A DNA stretch of 64,000 nucleotides from a phage: assembly GCA_037574385.1 (NCBI GenBank), contig GCA_037574385.1_4529.1; one strand, written 5' to 3'. The notes beneath the pieces were generated by a model. It was not told the origin of the DNA. It saw only the letters and a program-made list of their open reading frames with translations, and searched no databases. Below are positions 42,439 to 53,975 of this stretch, one piece after another. A program made the position numbers and the translations under genes. Each line of letters starts with the position of its first letter. Position 1 is the stretch's first letter.

Positions 42439-42675
42439 TTATAGTGTTCCATATACTCGAGTTGCTTCAACAAGACCATCACTGCCTAATTTAAGATTAG
42501 TAATTTGGTCACCATCTTTAGGATTAACGATTATGAGAAAAGAACGTGGAGATTCTTGAATAACTCGTAATGTTGCATCCTGGAAACGTTCAGACACTTT
42601 ATTGATGAGTGCTTGAGCAAATTCTTTTACTTTAATCTGAAATTCGTGTACTGTAATTGGATTTTCACTTAGCAT
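42439..42675 (-). CDS. hypothetical protein (78 aa)
   Basis: ORF in co-directional array. Confidence 0.55.
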   Translation of the reverse strand: MLSENPITVHEFQIKVKEFAQALINKVSERFQDATLRVIQESPRSFLIIVNPKDGDQITNLKLGSDGLVEATRVYGTL

Positions 42676-42732
42676 TTCAATTTCCTCATTGTTGGTAGAG
42701 TCATCATATCACAACTCTACGGTGTTGTAAAC

Positions 42733-43008
42733 TTAAATTGCAAAACATTTAATTTCTTGTGAATCGAAATCAACTTCACACTGAATTACTAGTTCAGCAT
42801 CAAGACCAAACACAACAATCACATGAGCCGAGCTGGGCAACAATGTAACAGACACAGAATCCACTTGGTCAGGCACTAGTGTATTCAAAACGTAGAGTAG
42901 TTCAGAGTGGACCTTAAGCTCGGTAGCAGTATCCAGCTTATCAAAGAAATGATTTGCGATAATCTGACTAAAAACGACCTTTACAATTTCAGAATATTTA
43001 GGGAACAT
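42733..43008 (-). CDS. hypothetical protein (91 aa)
   Basis: ORF with early-type promoter upstream. Confidence 0.55.
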   Translation of the reverse strand: MFPKYSEIVKVVFSQIIANHFFDKLDTATELKVHSELLYVLNTLVPDQVDSVSVTLLPSSAHVIVVFGLDAELVIQCEVDFDSQEIKCFAI

Positions 43009-43015
43009 AATTACC

Positions 43016-43240
43016 TCAGTGTACAGTATTTACTTTAACTCGAACAACAAATTGCTCGGTCGGTTCGCCTACAGGAACAAACTCTATATGATATTCGCCT
43101 TTGTAACGAGTATTCAGGTCGTTACGAATTTCGGTAAGCTTGTTGATTAATGTAGAACTCATATTAAGTCCTACTAGTTTACGAAGCATTTTGTATGCTT
43201 CATCTTCGATTTCATGATGTTTATCGTACATAATTTTCAT
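43016..43240 (-). CDS. hypothetical protein (74 aa)
   Basis: ORF in co-directional array. Confidence 0.55.
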   Translation of the reverse strand: MKIMYDKHHEIEDEAYKMLRKLVGLNMSSTLINKLTEIRNDLNTRYKGEYHIEFVPVGEPTEQFVVRVKVNTVH

Positions 43241-43411
43241 TTAACCATTCAATTGTCTGGTCGACGTTATCAAATATACCACCGTCCAAACGTTCTTCAT
43301 GCTCATAGTCCAGCACATCAATACCGAACTGTCCATTTACTAAAGGCCAGGCTACAAACAAATATTCTTTATGCTGTTCGATGGCCTCAATCACTTCATA
43401 TAATCGTTTCA

Positions 43412-43412
<1 letters not shown>
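43221..43412 (-). CDS. hypothetical acidic protein (63 aa)
   Basis: ORF whose stop overlaps pseT start. Confidence 0.5.
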
Positions 43413-44498
<1,086 letters not shown>

Positions 44499-44499
<1 letters not shown>

Positions 44500-44798
44500 T
44501 ATTTTATTCCTAAGAAAGCTTCAAGAATACGAATGTTATGTTCGCGCCGGTCTTTATTAATTTCAGCAACGTTTTTATTAATTGACGTACTTCTAACGTT
44601 TGAAGAAATAAATTTAATCATATGACTTTTGAGTTGTTGCAAATCCAACCCTTTTTCTTTAGCAGCTTTACGAAGAGCTTTACCTGCTTCGTCTAGGGCC
44701 TTTGCTGCATCTTTATCATAATTGACAAGTGACATTCCACGGCAGATATCAATATACTCATCTGACCGTTTGATATAATTCTCTAGTAATGTTTTCAT
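44499..44798 (-). CDS. hypothetical protein (99 aa)
   Basis: ORF with early-type promoter upstream. Confidence 0.6.
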
Positions 44799-44826
44799 TT
44801 AGATTTCCTCAATTATCCATAGGAGC

Positions 44827-44856
44827 ATTATACTCTGCTCCCGAGAGTTTGTAAAC
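44827..44856 (-). promoter_or_regulatory. early-type promoter GTTTAC-N18-TATAAT
   Basis: Minus strand GTTTACaaactctcgggagcagagTATAAT. Confidence 0.55.
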
Positions 44857-45080
44857 TATTTTACTAAAGATTCAATATACTCATGAAGAGCTTTAGTCGC
44901 TACTGCCCACTTGTTCTGATATTCATTTTTCAGATTAGCACGAGACTGAACTAACAAGCGGTCGTTAGTCGGAGGCAAAGATTCTAATCGTTGAATCTGA
45001 CGGCCATAAATCATAGCCGCCATTTCAGAGTCATAGATAAGTCCTTTAAGGTATTCATGCTGTTCTTTAGTCATTGACAT
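44856..45080 (-). CDS. hypothetical protein (74 aa)
   Basis: ORF downstream of the spanin pair. Confidence 0.55.
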   Translation of the reverse strand: MSMTKEQHEYLKGLIYDSEMAAMIYGRQIQRLESLPPTNDRLLVQSRANLKNEYQNKWAVATKALHEYIESLVK

Positions 45081-45361
45081 TTTTCCTCTTTTAAACCACT
45101 ACGATAATAACATAACATAGTCTTCTGGTCATGTACATATCTTTTTACGTCGTTTAACCAGATACGAAATTCTTGAGAGTCTTCAAATGGCATTCCAACC
45201 CATGGATTACCATCAATAACCTTTACCTGCCATTTCTGGTTATATTCAACAATAGATTCAGGCCATTGCGGATGTAAAGTTTCTTTAGGGCTTAAGGGCA
45301 CATCTTGGGCACATCCAGCCAAAATGCCAATAGATAATACAACTGCGGTTAATTTAATCAT
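45071..45361 (-). CDS. outer-membrane spanin lipoprotein (T4 pseT.2-like)
   Basis: 96 aa; signal peptide with lipobox LAGC; follows the i-spanin gene. Confidence 0.8.
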   Translation of the reverse strand: MIKLTAVVLSIGILAGCAQDVPLSPKETLHPQWPESIVEYNQKWQVKVIDGNPWVGMPFEDSQEFRIWLNDVKRYVHDQKTMLCYYRSGLKEEKCQ

Positions 45362-45714
45362 TCTGAGAGCTTCCTGAGGTCTTCTGCAAAGGAATCGAAG
45401 GACCTGTTGATTTGTTTTTCAACCAATCCTGGTTTACTTGCCACCACGTTCTTCTTCTTCGAATCCTTACGGAGCTTTTCATTTTCAGCCTTAAGTTGGT
45501 CAACTAAAACACGGTTCTTATAAGTCATTTCTTCGATTGACTGATATTGAACTTTGAAGTCGTCTAATACTTTAGCATTGTTTTTAGCAGTCTCTTTAAC
45601 AGAAGCCAATTCAGTATTCAACGAATCAACTTTGTTGTTTAAGACAACTATTGTTACAGTAGAAACTAGAGCAAAAGCTGCTACTATAGCATAAATCGGA
45701 TTTACTTTAAGCAT
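45358..45714 (-). CDS. inner-membrane spanin (T4 pseT.3-like)
   Basis: 118 aa; N-terminal transmembrane helix then coiled-coil. Confidence 0.8.
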   Translation of the reverse strand: MLKVNPIYAIVAAFALVSTVTIVVLNNKVDSLNTELASVKETAKNNAKVLDDFKVQYQSIEEMTYKNRVLVDQLKAENEKLRKDSKKKNVVASKPGLVEKQINRSFDSFAEDLRKLSE

Positions 45715-46202
45715 GTTTTAATAATCTCAATGATTTCATCTCGGGATAATCCATTGATAAGAACGGTTTTCAAACCATCACACTGGATTTTGTACGATTC
45801 AAACAATACACACAACTCTTCTGCTGTATGATACGGGCTTGAAATTCCGAGGCGGTTGAATTTGTCGGTAAGAGGGTCGCAAATAATGTAGAATTTTATA
45901 CCTGCGATATGTACGTTTGGTTGACTAATATTAATGAACACATTAGCGTCATATTTAGTCAAATTGTTTTGAAGAAATTCTACCATGGCATTAACTGCTT
46001 CCGGCATCGCTTCGCGTTTCTCTTCGGCGTATCGAGTGGAATACTCTTTTTGTTTTACTTTCTTTTTAAGATTTTTGGCCAGTGTAACACGGAGGTCAGT
46101 AAGATAACCAACTGGACGTCCTTTCTTAAAGACTCGGATTCCGTCAGTTGTGTCTCCAAAAGCGGTTACGACCATATCGTTAGTAATCAATTGCATATTC
46201 AT
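45702..46202 (-). CDS. alc: Alc-like protein (host transcription inhibitor) by position
   Basis: 166 aa from internal ATG with GAGGA RBS; located between spanins and rnlA as T4 alc; sequence match not independently verified. Confidence 0.6.
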   Translation of the reverse strand: MNMQLITNDMVVTAFGDTTDGIRVFKKGRPVGYLTDLRVTLAKNLKKKVKQKEYSTRYAEEKREAMPEAVNAMVEFLQNNLTKYDANVFINISQPNVHIAGIKFYIICDPLTDKFNRLGISSPYHTAEELCVLFESYKIQCDGLKTVLINGLSRDEIIEIIKTCLK

Positions 46203-46232
46203 AATTTTCTCCTCGTGTTGTTGATAAAAGCC

Positions 46233-46262
46233 ATAGTAACACCTTCCTTGGTGTTTGTAAAC
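46233..46262 (-). promoter_or_regulatory. early-type promoter GTTTAC-N18-TACTAT
   Basis: Minus strand GTTTACaaacaccaaggaaggtgtTACTAT just downstream of rnlA stop. Confidence 0.5.
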
Positions 46263-46264
46263 CA

Positions 46265-47398
<1,134 letters not shown>

Positions 47399-47415
47399 TC
47401 AGTTAGTTTTTTTAA

Positions 47416-47445
47416 ATTGTACCACAATCCTTGTGGTATGTAAAC
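47416..47445 (-). promoter_or_regulatory. early-type promoter GTTTAC-N18-TACAAT for rnlA
   Basis: Minus strand GTTTACataccacaaggattgtggTACAAT; overlaps denA stop codon. Confidence 0.5.
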
Positions 47446-47855
47446 TACTTTTTCTTATGTTGGATATTCCAAGGCGGGTTGAACTTTTTGATAAAAAGTG
47501 GTTCTTCAAGGTCCATTGTTGCGATGGTCATTGAACCAAGTTCATTGGTGACTGAAAGGTCAAAACATTGGCGGGCCCAGAATTCAACCTTTTTGCCTTG
47601 CATTAAGGCATCCAAAATCATAAGTGATTTTCTTGAATCTGAAGTCTGGTCTTTTCGATTTATGGCTGTTCGATAATAGTTAATGCGTTTCTTTAAATTC
47701 TTGGTTTTACCAATATACACAAGTTCGTCATCTATAGCAATAGCGTATATGACATTTTTCTTATTAGGGGCATCAATGGTTTTAATTGTTGCATCTTCTA
47801 ATAGCTCCAATTCTATATATTTAATAAAGGAATATTCGGCGGCAATATCTTTCAT
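47445..47855 (-). CDS. denA: endonuclease II (GIY-YIG)
   Basis: 136 aa; VIYAIAIDDELVYIGKTKNLKKRINYYR GIY-YIG core and C-terminal FNPPWNIQHKKK match T4 EndoII; position between rnlA and nrdB. Confidence 0.95.
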   Translation of the reverse strand: MKDIAAEYSFIKYIELELLEDATIKTIDAPNKKNVIYAIAIDDELVYIGKTKNLKKRINYYRTAINRKDQTSDSRKSLMILDALMQGKKVEFWARQCFDLSVTNELGSMTIATMDLEEPLFIKKFNPPWNIQHKKK

Positions 47856-47863
47856 AATAAAGT

Positions 47864-47877
47864 GGGACCGAAGTCCC
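47864..47877 (-). terminator. stem-loop GGGAC-UUCG-GUCCC between nrdB and denA
   Basis: GC hairpin with UUCG loop directly after nrdB stop; followed by ACUUUAUUAUG containing the denA start. Confidence 0.55.
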
Positions 47878-47881
47878 GTCC

Positions 47882-49057
47882 TTAGAAATATTTTTTGTAT
47901 GAATTGATTACATTTTGGTCTACATCATTATCAATTTGTGCAACAAGATAAGAACTGATTTCAACTTCCTGAGGAGCTGCTTGAACTAAATCAGAGTTCA
48001 GATATTCACGAATCCAAGGATACGGATGTTTGGTCGGAGCATCAGTAATTGGACACGGCAAACCACACTGTTTCATACGAGACACAGTCAAGTAATCAAC
48101 AAAAGCACACATACTCTGTGTATTGATACCTGGACATGTACCGTCTTTAAAGAGGTGCGCAGCCCATTCCTTCTCTTGACTATTTACTTCCATAAAAATG
48201 TCAACTGCTTCTTGTTCACATTCTTTAGCAATTTGAACCCACTCATCGCCGTCAGTACCAGATTGAAGTTGACGGATAATGTACTGAGTACCCTTAAGGT
48301 GGAGTTGTTCGTCACGAGCAATGAACTTCATAATCTTTGCATTGCCTTCCATAATTTCCATATTTTTATGGAAGTTGAAAGTACATGCAAATGATACGTA
48401 AAAACGAATAGCTTCTAAGGCGTTGATAACGTGCAAACAGAGATAAAGAGATTTCATTAGCTCACGCTTGGCGTTAAACATTATTTCTTCGTACATCTCA
48501 ATATCATTCTGCTGGCATGAGCCTAGTGAATACTCATAATTTTCCTTAGCATTTTCCCAATGGCGAGTCTTGACTAGAACATCATCATAATATTTACCTA
48601 TTGATTCAGCTCGTTTCATGATTGCTTCGTCTAATACAATTTCATCAAATACCTTAGATGGATCGGTATAAAGATTTCGCATAATATGAGTATATGAACG
48701 AGAGTGAATAGTTTCACTGAATGTCCATGTTGCAACCCATGTATCTAATGAAGGGTCAGAAATAAGTGCCATAAGTACCGCAGATGGGGCCCTGCCTTGT
48801 ATAGAATCTAATAATGATTGATACTTAAGATTGTTTGTAAAGATGTCCTGTTGGAACTGAGGAAGCTTATTGAACTGCGCAGAGTCCAACATCAAGTTTA
48901 CCTCTTCTGGGCGCCAGAAAAACGACAATTGCTTTTCAATAAGTTCTTCGAAAACTTTATGACGCTGAATATCATACCGTGCGAGGCCAAGACCAGAACC
49001 AAAGAACATCGGTTCATTCAAAACATCGACTTGTTGCGTGTTAAAAACTGTACTCAT
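47882..49057 (-). CDS. nrdB: ribonucleotide reductase small subunit, intron-less
   Basis: 391 aa uninterrupted ORF with di-iron carboxylate motifs. Confidence 0.96.
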   Translation of the reverse strand: MSTVFNTQQVDVLNEPMFFGSGLGLARYDIQRHKVFEELIEKQLSFFWRPEEVNLMLDSAQFNKLPQFQQDIFTNNLKYQSLLDSIQGRAPSAVLMALISDPSLDTWVATWTFSETIHSRSYTHIMRNLYTDPSKVFDEIVLDEAIMKRAESIGKYYDDVLVKTRHWENAKENYEYSLGSCQQNDIEMYEEIMFNAKRELMKSLYLCLHVINALEAIRFYVSFACTFNFHKNMEIMEGNAKIMKFIARDEQLHLKGTQYIIRQLQSGTDGDEWVQIAKECEQEAVDIFMEVNSQEKEWAAHLFKDGTCPGINTQSMCAFVDYLTVSRMKQCGLPCPITDAPTKHPYPWIREYLNSDLVQAAPQEVEISSYLVAQIDNDVDQNVINSYKKYF

Positions 49058-49112
49058 TATATTTTCTCACTTAGTTATTAACTCATCCATGAGTAAATTA
49101 TAATCAAAAGTC

Positions 49113-51368
49113 TTAAAGCTTACAAGCAGAGCAATCTTCGGCTTTAGGTGTTTCTAATTCATAGTCATCTGTACCTGACCCATCACGAGTGTTATGATAG
49201 TAGAGATTTTTTCCGCCAAAGTACCAGAAGTAAAGCAGATCGTCAAGCATTACTGACATTGGCACTTTACCTTTCTCAAATACTGTCGGGTCATAGTAAG
49301 TATTAGCAGAAGCAGATTGGCACACCCATTTCAACATGATAGCAACTTGGGTCAAATAAGGTTTATTACCTTTCTTAGCAAGTTTCCACGCGTAGTCGTA
49401 AAGACTCATGTTATGTTCGATATTAGGAACAACCTGACGGAAGTTGCCTTCTTTAGATTCTTTAATACTTACAGGTCCACGAGGTGGTTCTATACCGTTT
49501 GTGCTATTTGAGACTTGACTGCTTGATTCGCATGGCATGAGAGCACTAAGTGTACTGTTACGAATTCCATGTTCTTTGAGTTCAGCTCGAAGTTCTTCCC
49601 AGTCACAGACGTAGTTCGGGGCTGCGATTTGGTCAATCTTTTTATTGTACCAGTCGATAGGTAATTCGCCTCTAGACCATTTAGTGTCTGAATAATACTC
49701 ACAAGGTCCTTTTTCTTTGGCGAGTTTGATTGAAGCTTTGATAAGGCCATATTGCAATCTCTCAAACAATTCATGAGTCAAATCGTTAGCGTCTTCATAT
49801 GAAGCAAAGTTAGAAGCTAACCATGCAGCATAGTTCGTCACACCAACACCGAGATTTCGACGCTTTTTAGCTTTTAAAGCTTCTGGAACCGGATAATCTT
49901 GATAGTCTAACAGGTTATCAAGTGCACGTACTTGTACTTCAGCAAGTTCATTAATTTTATCTTGGTCTTGCCAATCAAATTTATCTAATACAAAAGCAGA
50001 TAACGTGCATAAACCAATTTCAGCATCAGGACCATTCACATCATTAGTTGGAATAGCGATTTCACAGCATAAGTTACTCTGACGAATTGGAGCTTTTTCA
50101 CGAATAAACGGAGTGTAGTTATTCGTGTTATCAACAAACTGTGGATAAATTCGAGCAGTACCAGAACGTTCAGTCATGAACAATTCAAAGAGTTCTAGTG
50201 CTTTGATTCTTTTCTTTCTGATTGTTGGGTCTTTTTCAGCTTTCTCATAAAGCTCACGGAATTTATCTTGATCTTCAAAGAATGAGTAATATAGTTCGCC
50301 TGACATTTCGTGAGGGCTAAATAAAGTAATATAATCATTTTTACCAAGGCGTTCCATCATAAGGTCATTAATCTGAATTCCGTAGTCCATATGTCGAATA
50401 CGGTTTTCATCCACACCTTTGTTATTTTTCAGAACCAACAGGTTCTCTACTTCTAAGTGCCACATCGGATAATACGCCGTAGCAGCACCACCACGAATAC
50501 CACCTTGAGAACAAGATTTTACTGCAGTTTGGAAATGTTTCCAGAACGGAATAACACCCGTATGTCGAACTTCACCCATACCGATCTTAGAACCTTCTGC
50601 ACGAAGCATACCAACGTTGATACCGATACCAGCTCGTTTAGAAATATATTCAATAATTGATGCTGAAGTTTTGTTAATAGATTTTAATGAATCACCGGCT
50701 TCAATAACTACGCAACTAGAGAACTGGCGAGTTGGAGTACGAGCACCTGCCATAATTGGGGTTGGCAATGAAACTTGATGAGTAGAAACAGCATCATAAA
50801 AACGAATAATATGTTTCAAACGGTCATGAGTTTCGTCTTGATGTAAGGCCATACCAATAGCCATGATAGCAAACTGTGGAGTTTCATAAATCTTCCCAGT
50901 TGTTTTATCTTTAACTAGGTATTTTTCTTTAAGCTGCATAGCACCAGCATAAGTCAGATCAAAATCTCGCTCATGTCTAATCCGAGAATCAAGATAAATG
51001 ATTTCTTCTGCAGAATATCTAGACAACAACTCAGGATCGTATTTGCCTTCATTAACACAATACGAGATATGGTCGATAAAAGCAGGAGGTTCAAACTGTC
51101 CGTATACATCTTTACGAAGCGCAAACATTAATCCTTTAGCGGCAACATATTGATAATCAGGTTCTTCAACAGAAATCGAGTTAGCTGCAACTTTAATACA
51201 AATCTTCTGGATATCTTTAGTGCTCATCCCATCAACCAGATGAGTCTTAATTTCTTCATATAATTCGTATGGGTCTATTTGTGTTCCTTCACATTGCCAA
51301 GTTAATACTTGAATAATTTTCTGTGCATCAAAATTTTGGGATACCCCACTGCTCTTAGTTACTTGCAT
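49113..51368 (-). CDS. nrdA: ribonucleotide reductase large subunit
   Basis: 751 aa; class Ia RNR catalytic and C-terminal Cys motifs. Confidence 0.96.
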   Translation of the reverse strand: MQVTKSSGVSQNFDAQKIIQVLTWQCEGTQIDPYELYEEIKTHLVDGMSTKDIQKICIKVAANSISVEEPDYQYVAAKGLMFALRKDVYGQFEPPAFIDHISYCVNEGKYDPELLSRYSAEEIIYLDSRIRHERDFDLTYAGAMQLKEKYLVKDKTTGKIYETPQFAIMAIGMALHQDETHDRLKHIIRFYDAVSTHQVSLPTPIMAGARTPTRQFSSCVVIEAGDSLKSINKTSASIIEYISKRAGIGINVGMLRAEGSKIGMGEVRHTGVIPFWKHFQTAVKSCSQGGIRGGAATAYYPMWHLEVENLLVLKNNKGVDENRIRHMDYGIQINDLMMERLGKNDYITLFSPHEMSGELYYSFFEDQDKFRELYEKAEKDPTIRKKRIKALELFELFMTERSGTARIYPQFVDNTNNYTPFIREKAPIRQSNLCCEIAIPTNDVNGPDAEIGLCTLSAFVLDKFDWQDQDKINELAEVQVRALDNLLDYQDYPVPEALKAKKRRNLGVGVTNYAAWLASNFASYEDANDLTHELFERLQYGLIKASIKLAKEKGPCEYYSDTKWSRGELPIDWYNKKIDQIAAPNYVCDWEELRAELKEHGIRNSTLSALMPCESSSQVSNSTNGIEPPRGPVSIKESKEGNFRQVVPNIEHNMSLYDYAWKLAKKGNKPYLTQVAIMLKWVCQSASANTYYDPTVFEKGKVPMSVMLDDLLYFWYFGGKNLYYHNTRDGSGTDDYELETPKAEDCSACKL

Positions 51369-51455
51369 ATATTCCTCAGTATAGGTTGATAGACATTACT
51401 CCAAACGGGATAGTATTTATCCCGTTAATTTATTATACACTTTTAAACTGAAGCG

Positions 51456-51710
51456 TTAATTATTCTTAGCAATAATTTCTTTGTATTCTTTAGGTGTCAA
51501 GACCGTGATATTGAAATAAACCAACGGTTCTTTTTCCATACCGTAACCACCACAAAATTCACGATATTCATAAATTCGTTCATGTGAATAACAAACGAAT
51601 CGTTCACCTTTAACTGTGATTTCACTATTTGGTGAAGGGATATCCAGTTCACTTGGATTTTTCATTTCAAAAATTGTGGTGCCATATGAATTAATAAAAC
51701 GTAAAATCAT
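51456..51710 (-). CDS. hypothetical protein (84 aa)
   Basis: ORF between nrdA and td. Confidence 0.6.
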   Translation of the reverse strand: MILRFINSYGTTIFEMKNPSELDIPSPNSEITVKGERFVCYSHERIYEYREFCGGYGMEKEPLVYFNITVLTPKEYKEIIAKNN

Positions 51711-51711
51711 T

Positions 51712-52572
51712 TTATACCGCCATTTTAGCTTTGATAGCTGGATGTGATTCGTAATTTTTAAGAATAAAGTCTTTAGGACGAAGTTTTAATACGTATTCGA
51801 TTTGTTCTTCGGTTGATAGATGTCTAAATTTGTATGGTAATCCGTTAATAACTAATTCACACAACTCTTTAGGTTCACGACGTAAAACTTCTTTGCATTG
51901 CTCTACGTGGTTGCTGTAGATATGCGTATTGCCGCCTGAGAACACTAAATCACCCGGGATAAGGTTACACATCTTCGCTACAATATGCGTCAAGGCAGCG
52001 TACGAGGCAATGTTGAACGGCAAGCCCAAGAAAACATCAACACTTCTCTGGTACCATTGTAAATCAAGATAACCATTACGCACATTGAACTGATAGAACA
52101 TATGGCAAGGAGGAAGAGCCATTTGATTTATTTCGGCCGGATTCCAGGCAGAAACAATTTGACGACGATCAGTTGGTAATTTTTTAATACGGTCGATTGT
52201 TTCAACTAATTGGTCCACACCACCGAAATCACGCCATTGTTTACCATATATAGGACCAAGTTCACCACTATGATAACCAAGGTCTTTTGCCTGATTTTCG
52301 TAATTATCGTCCCAAATAGTTTTACCTTCAATTAGACTACCATGAGTACGAAGACGTAATTCATTAACATTAGTAGAACCTGACATGAACCACAGTAACT
52401 CGGCAATACAAGCTTTCCATGCTAATTTCTTAGTTGTTACTGCAGGGAATCCTTTAGTCAGATCCCAACGTAATTTAGTTCCGAACAGGGCAATTGTTCC
52501 TGTGCCTGTACGGTCGTCTGTTTCGTAGCCATTTTCTAGGATATCATTAATCAGGTATTGGTATTGTTTCAT
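51712..52572 (-). CDS. td: thymidylate synthase, intron-less
   Basis: 286 aa continuous ORF; ThyA motifs including catalytic PPCH. Confidence 0.97.
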   Translation of the reverse strand: MKQYQYLINDILENGYETDDRTGTGTIALFGTKLRWDLTKGFPAVTTKKLAWKACIAELLWFMSGSTNVNELRLRTHGSLIEGKTIWDDNYENQAKDLGYHSGELGPIYGKQWRDFGGVDQLVETIDRIKKLPTDRRQIVSAWNPAEINQMALPPCHMFYQFNVRNGYLDLQWYQRSVDVFLGLPFNIASYAALTHIVAKMCNLIPGDLVFSGGNTHIYSNHVEQCKEVLRREPKELCELVINGLPYKFRHLSTEEQIEYVLKLRPKDFILKNYESHPAIKAKMAV

Positions 52573-53156
52573 TTATATACGCTCTCAGTAATTTCGGTGA
52601 GTTCATCGATTCTGTAGTAATGAGATTCTACCATAGAACGTTGAAGCATAATATCTTGGATGAAATCTTTATCAAGTTGAACGTCTGAATTAACACGACA
52701 TTTCTTAATGATTTTAGTCATAACAATTTCATCAGCATAAGGCAATGCTTGTTTAAGTAGAGCAGGACCGCCGATAACCGAGACATCGACATGTTCAGTA
52801 GAAAGTTTAAACGGTACGTCGGTTGAAGGGCTTAACAAGTTAATTTCACTACCCATTACCAAGGTAATAAATTCTGCTTGGGTGATATAGAACCGTGCAA
52901 GTTCATCAGTTTTAGTCCTAGGCAGTTTTCTGGCCATATCAGTGACAACCACATGAGTACGATCTGGTAGTAGACGAGGTAATGATGCAAAAGTCTTAGC
53001 ACCCATAACCAATACAGTGTTTTTAGTGCGAGCAACAAAGTTACTCATATCTTGTTTGATATGCTTCCATGGAAGTCCATCACCTAATCCAAAAGCATAT
53101 TCCAGATTATCATCAACTGTTTTAGTCGGAGCACACGCGAATACTAATTTAAGCAT
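52569..53156 (-). CDS. frd: dihydrofolate reductase
   Basis: 195 aa; stop overlaps td start. Confidence 0.9.
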   Translation of the reverse strand: MLKLVFACAPTKTVDDNLEYAFGLGDGLPWKHIKQDMSNFVARTKNTVLVMGAKTFASLPRLLPDRTHVVVTDMARKLPRTKTDELARFYITQAEFITLVMGSEINLLSPSTDVPFKLSTEHVDVSVIGGPALLKQALPYADEIVMTKIIKKCRVNSDVQLDKDFIQDIMLQRSMVESHYYRIDELTEITESVYK

Positions 53157-53158
53157 TT

Positions 53159-53407
53159 TTATTTCCTCAGATTTTTCTTAACAACTTTCCAATCAGCTTT
53201 AAACAATTCAACGTCAGAGTGGTGAATCCAGAATCCTGCACTTTCGCCGTCTTCGTAGAGTGGACATCCGTCACATTCTTCGTTCCAACCCATTTCACGT
53301 AAAGCTTCTTCAGCTTGTTCAAGGAGTTCAGCATCTTTACCAACGACGTTGAAGTACCATTTACCTTTAACTTCAGAATCTTTGATGCTCTGACGTTGTA
53401 ATCTCAT
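53159..53407 (-). CDS. hypothetical protein (82 aa)
   Basis: Start at internal ATG (MRLQRQS...) with GGAGA RBS; track ORF has a 21-codon upstream extension. Confidence 0.6.
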   Translation of the reverse strand: MRLQRQSIKDSEVKGKWYFNVVGKDAELLEQAEEALREMGWNEECDGCPLYEDGESAGFWIHHSDVELFKADWKVVKKNLRK

Positions 53408-53469
53408 TTTATTCTCCTTCACTTTTGATTTGATAGGGCTACTATAACATAACCCTATCTGATTATACA

Positions 53470-53862
53470 CTACTTTTTAAAAGTTTTTTGCAAAAGTTTG
53501 ATGATTTCGTCGACGTTGGTTTCATCTACGATACAATGGATTTTTGTTACACCTAAAGTTATACCTTCGTTAGTAGGTTGAGGCTTTACTAAATCTACCT
53601 CAGTAAAGTATTTGAACTCGTCAGGATAAATCTCAAAATAAGTTTCAATTTCACCACCGGCAGAACATACAGTACCATCTTCCATAGTTACACTTACTAC
53701 GTTTGGCGTATCATTATCATAATCAGGTTCCATTCCGTTTACAACAAAACTAGGCCCATGGAGTTCAATCAATTTTAACATCTTAGCGTTATTGTGTGGT
53801 GCTTCTTGAACAAAGTCGTCTTTAAATAAAGGGTTAATGATATAAGATTTTCCGATTTCCAT
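53470..53862 (-). CDS. hypothetical protein (130 aa)
   Basis: ORF with early promoter cassette upstream. Confidence 0.6.
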   Translation of the reverse strand: MEIGKSYIINPLFKDDFVQEAPHNNAKMLKLIELHGPSFVVNGMEPDYDNDTPNVVSVTMEDGTVCSAGGEIETYFEIYPDEFKYFTEVDLVKPQPTNEGITLGVTKIHCIVDETNVDEIIKLLQKTFKK

Positions 53863-53951
53863 TTTGATTTCCTCATGTTGTTGATAAGTCTATACTAACA
53901 CATCCAGGGAAGAAGTAAACAACTTTTTCGGTAATTTACAGATACTCAAAA

Positions 53952-53969
53952 GGGAGACCGAAGTCTCCC
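53952..53969 (-). terminator. intrinsic terminator GGGAGAC-UUCG-GUCUCCC + CUUUUGAG after gene 32
   Basis: Hairpin 6 nt downstream of gp32 stop on the minus strand. Confidence 0.8.
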
Positions 53970-53975
53970 GATTTA

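Noticed and set aside
47445-47855. GIY-YIG ORF as a Seg-type homing endonuclease or mobile element
   Set aside because: Length (136 aa), sequence and position match T4 endonuclease II (denA), a host-DNA nicking enzyme, not a homing endonuclease
51712-52572. Group I intron in td (and in nrdB at 47882..49057)
   Set aside because: Both genes are continuous full-length ORFs with no interruption
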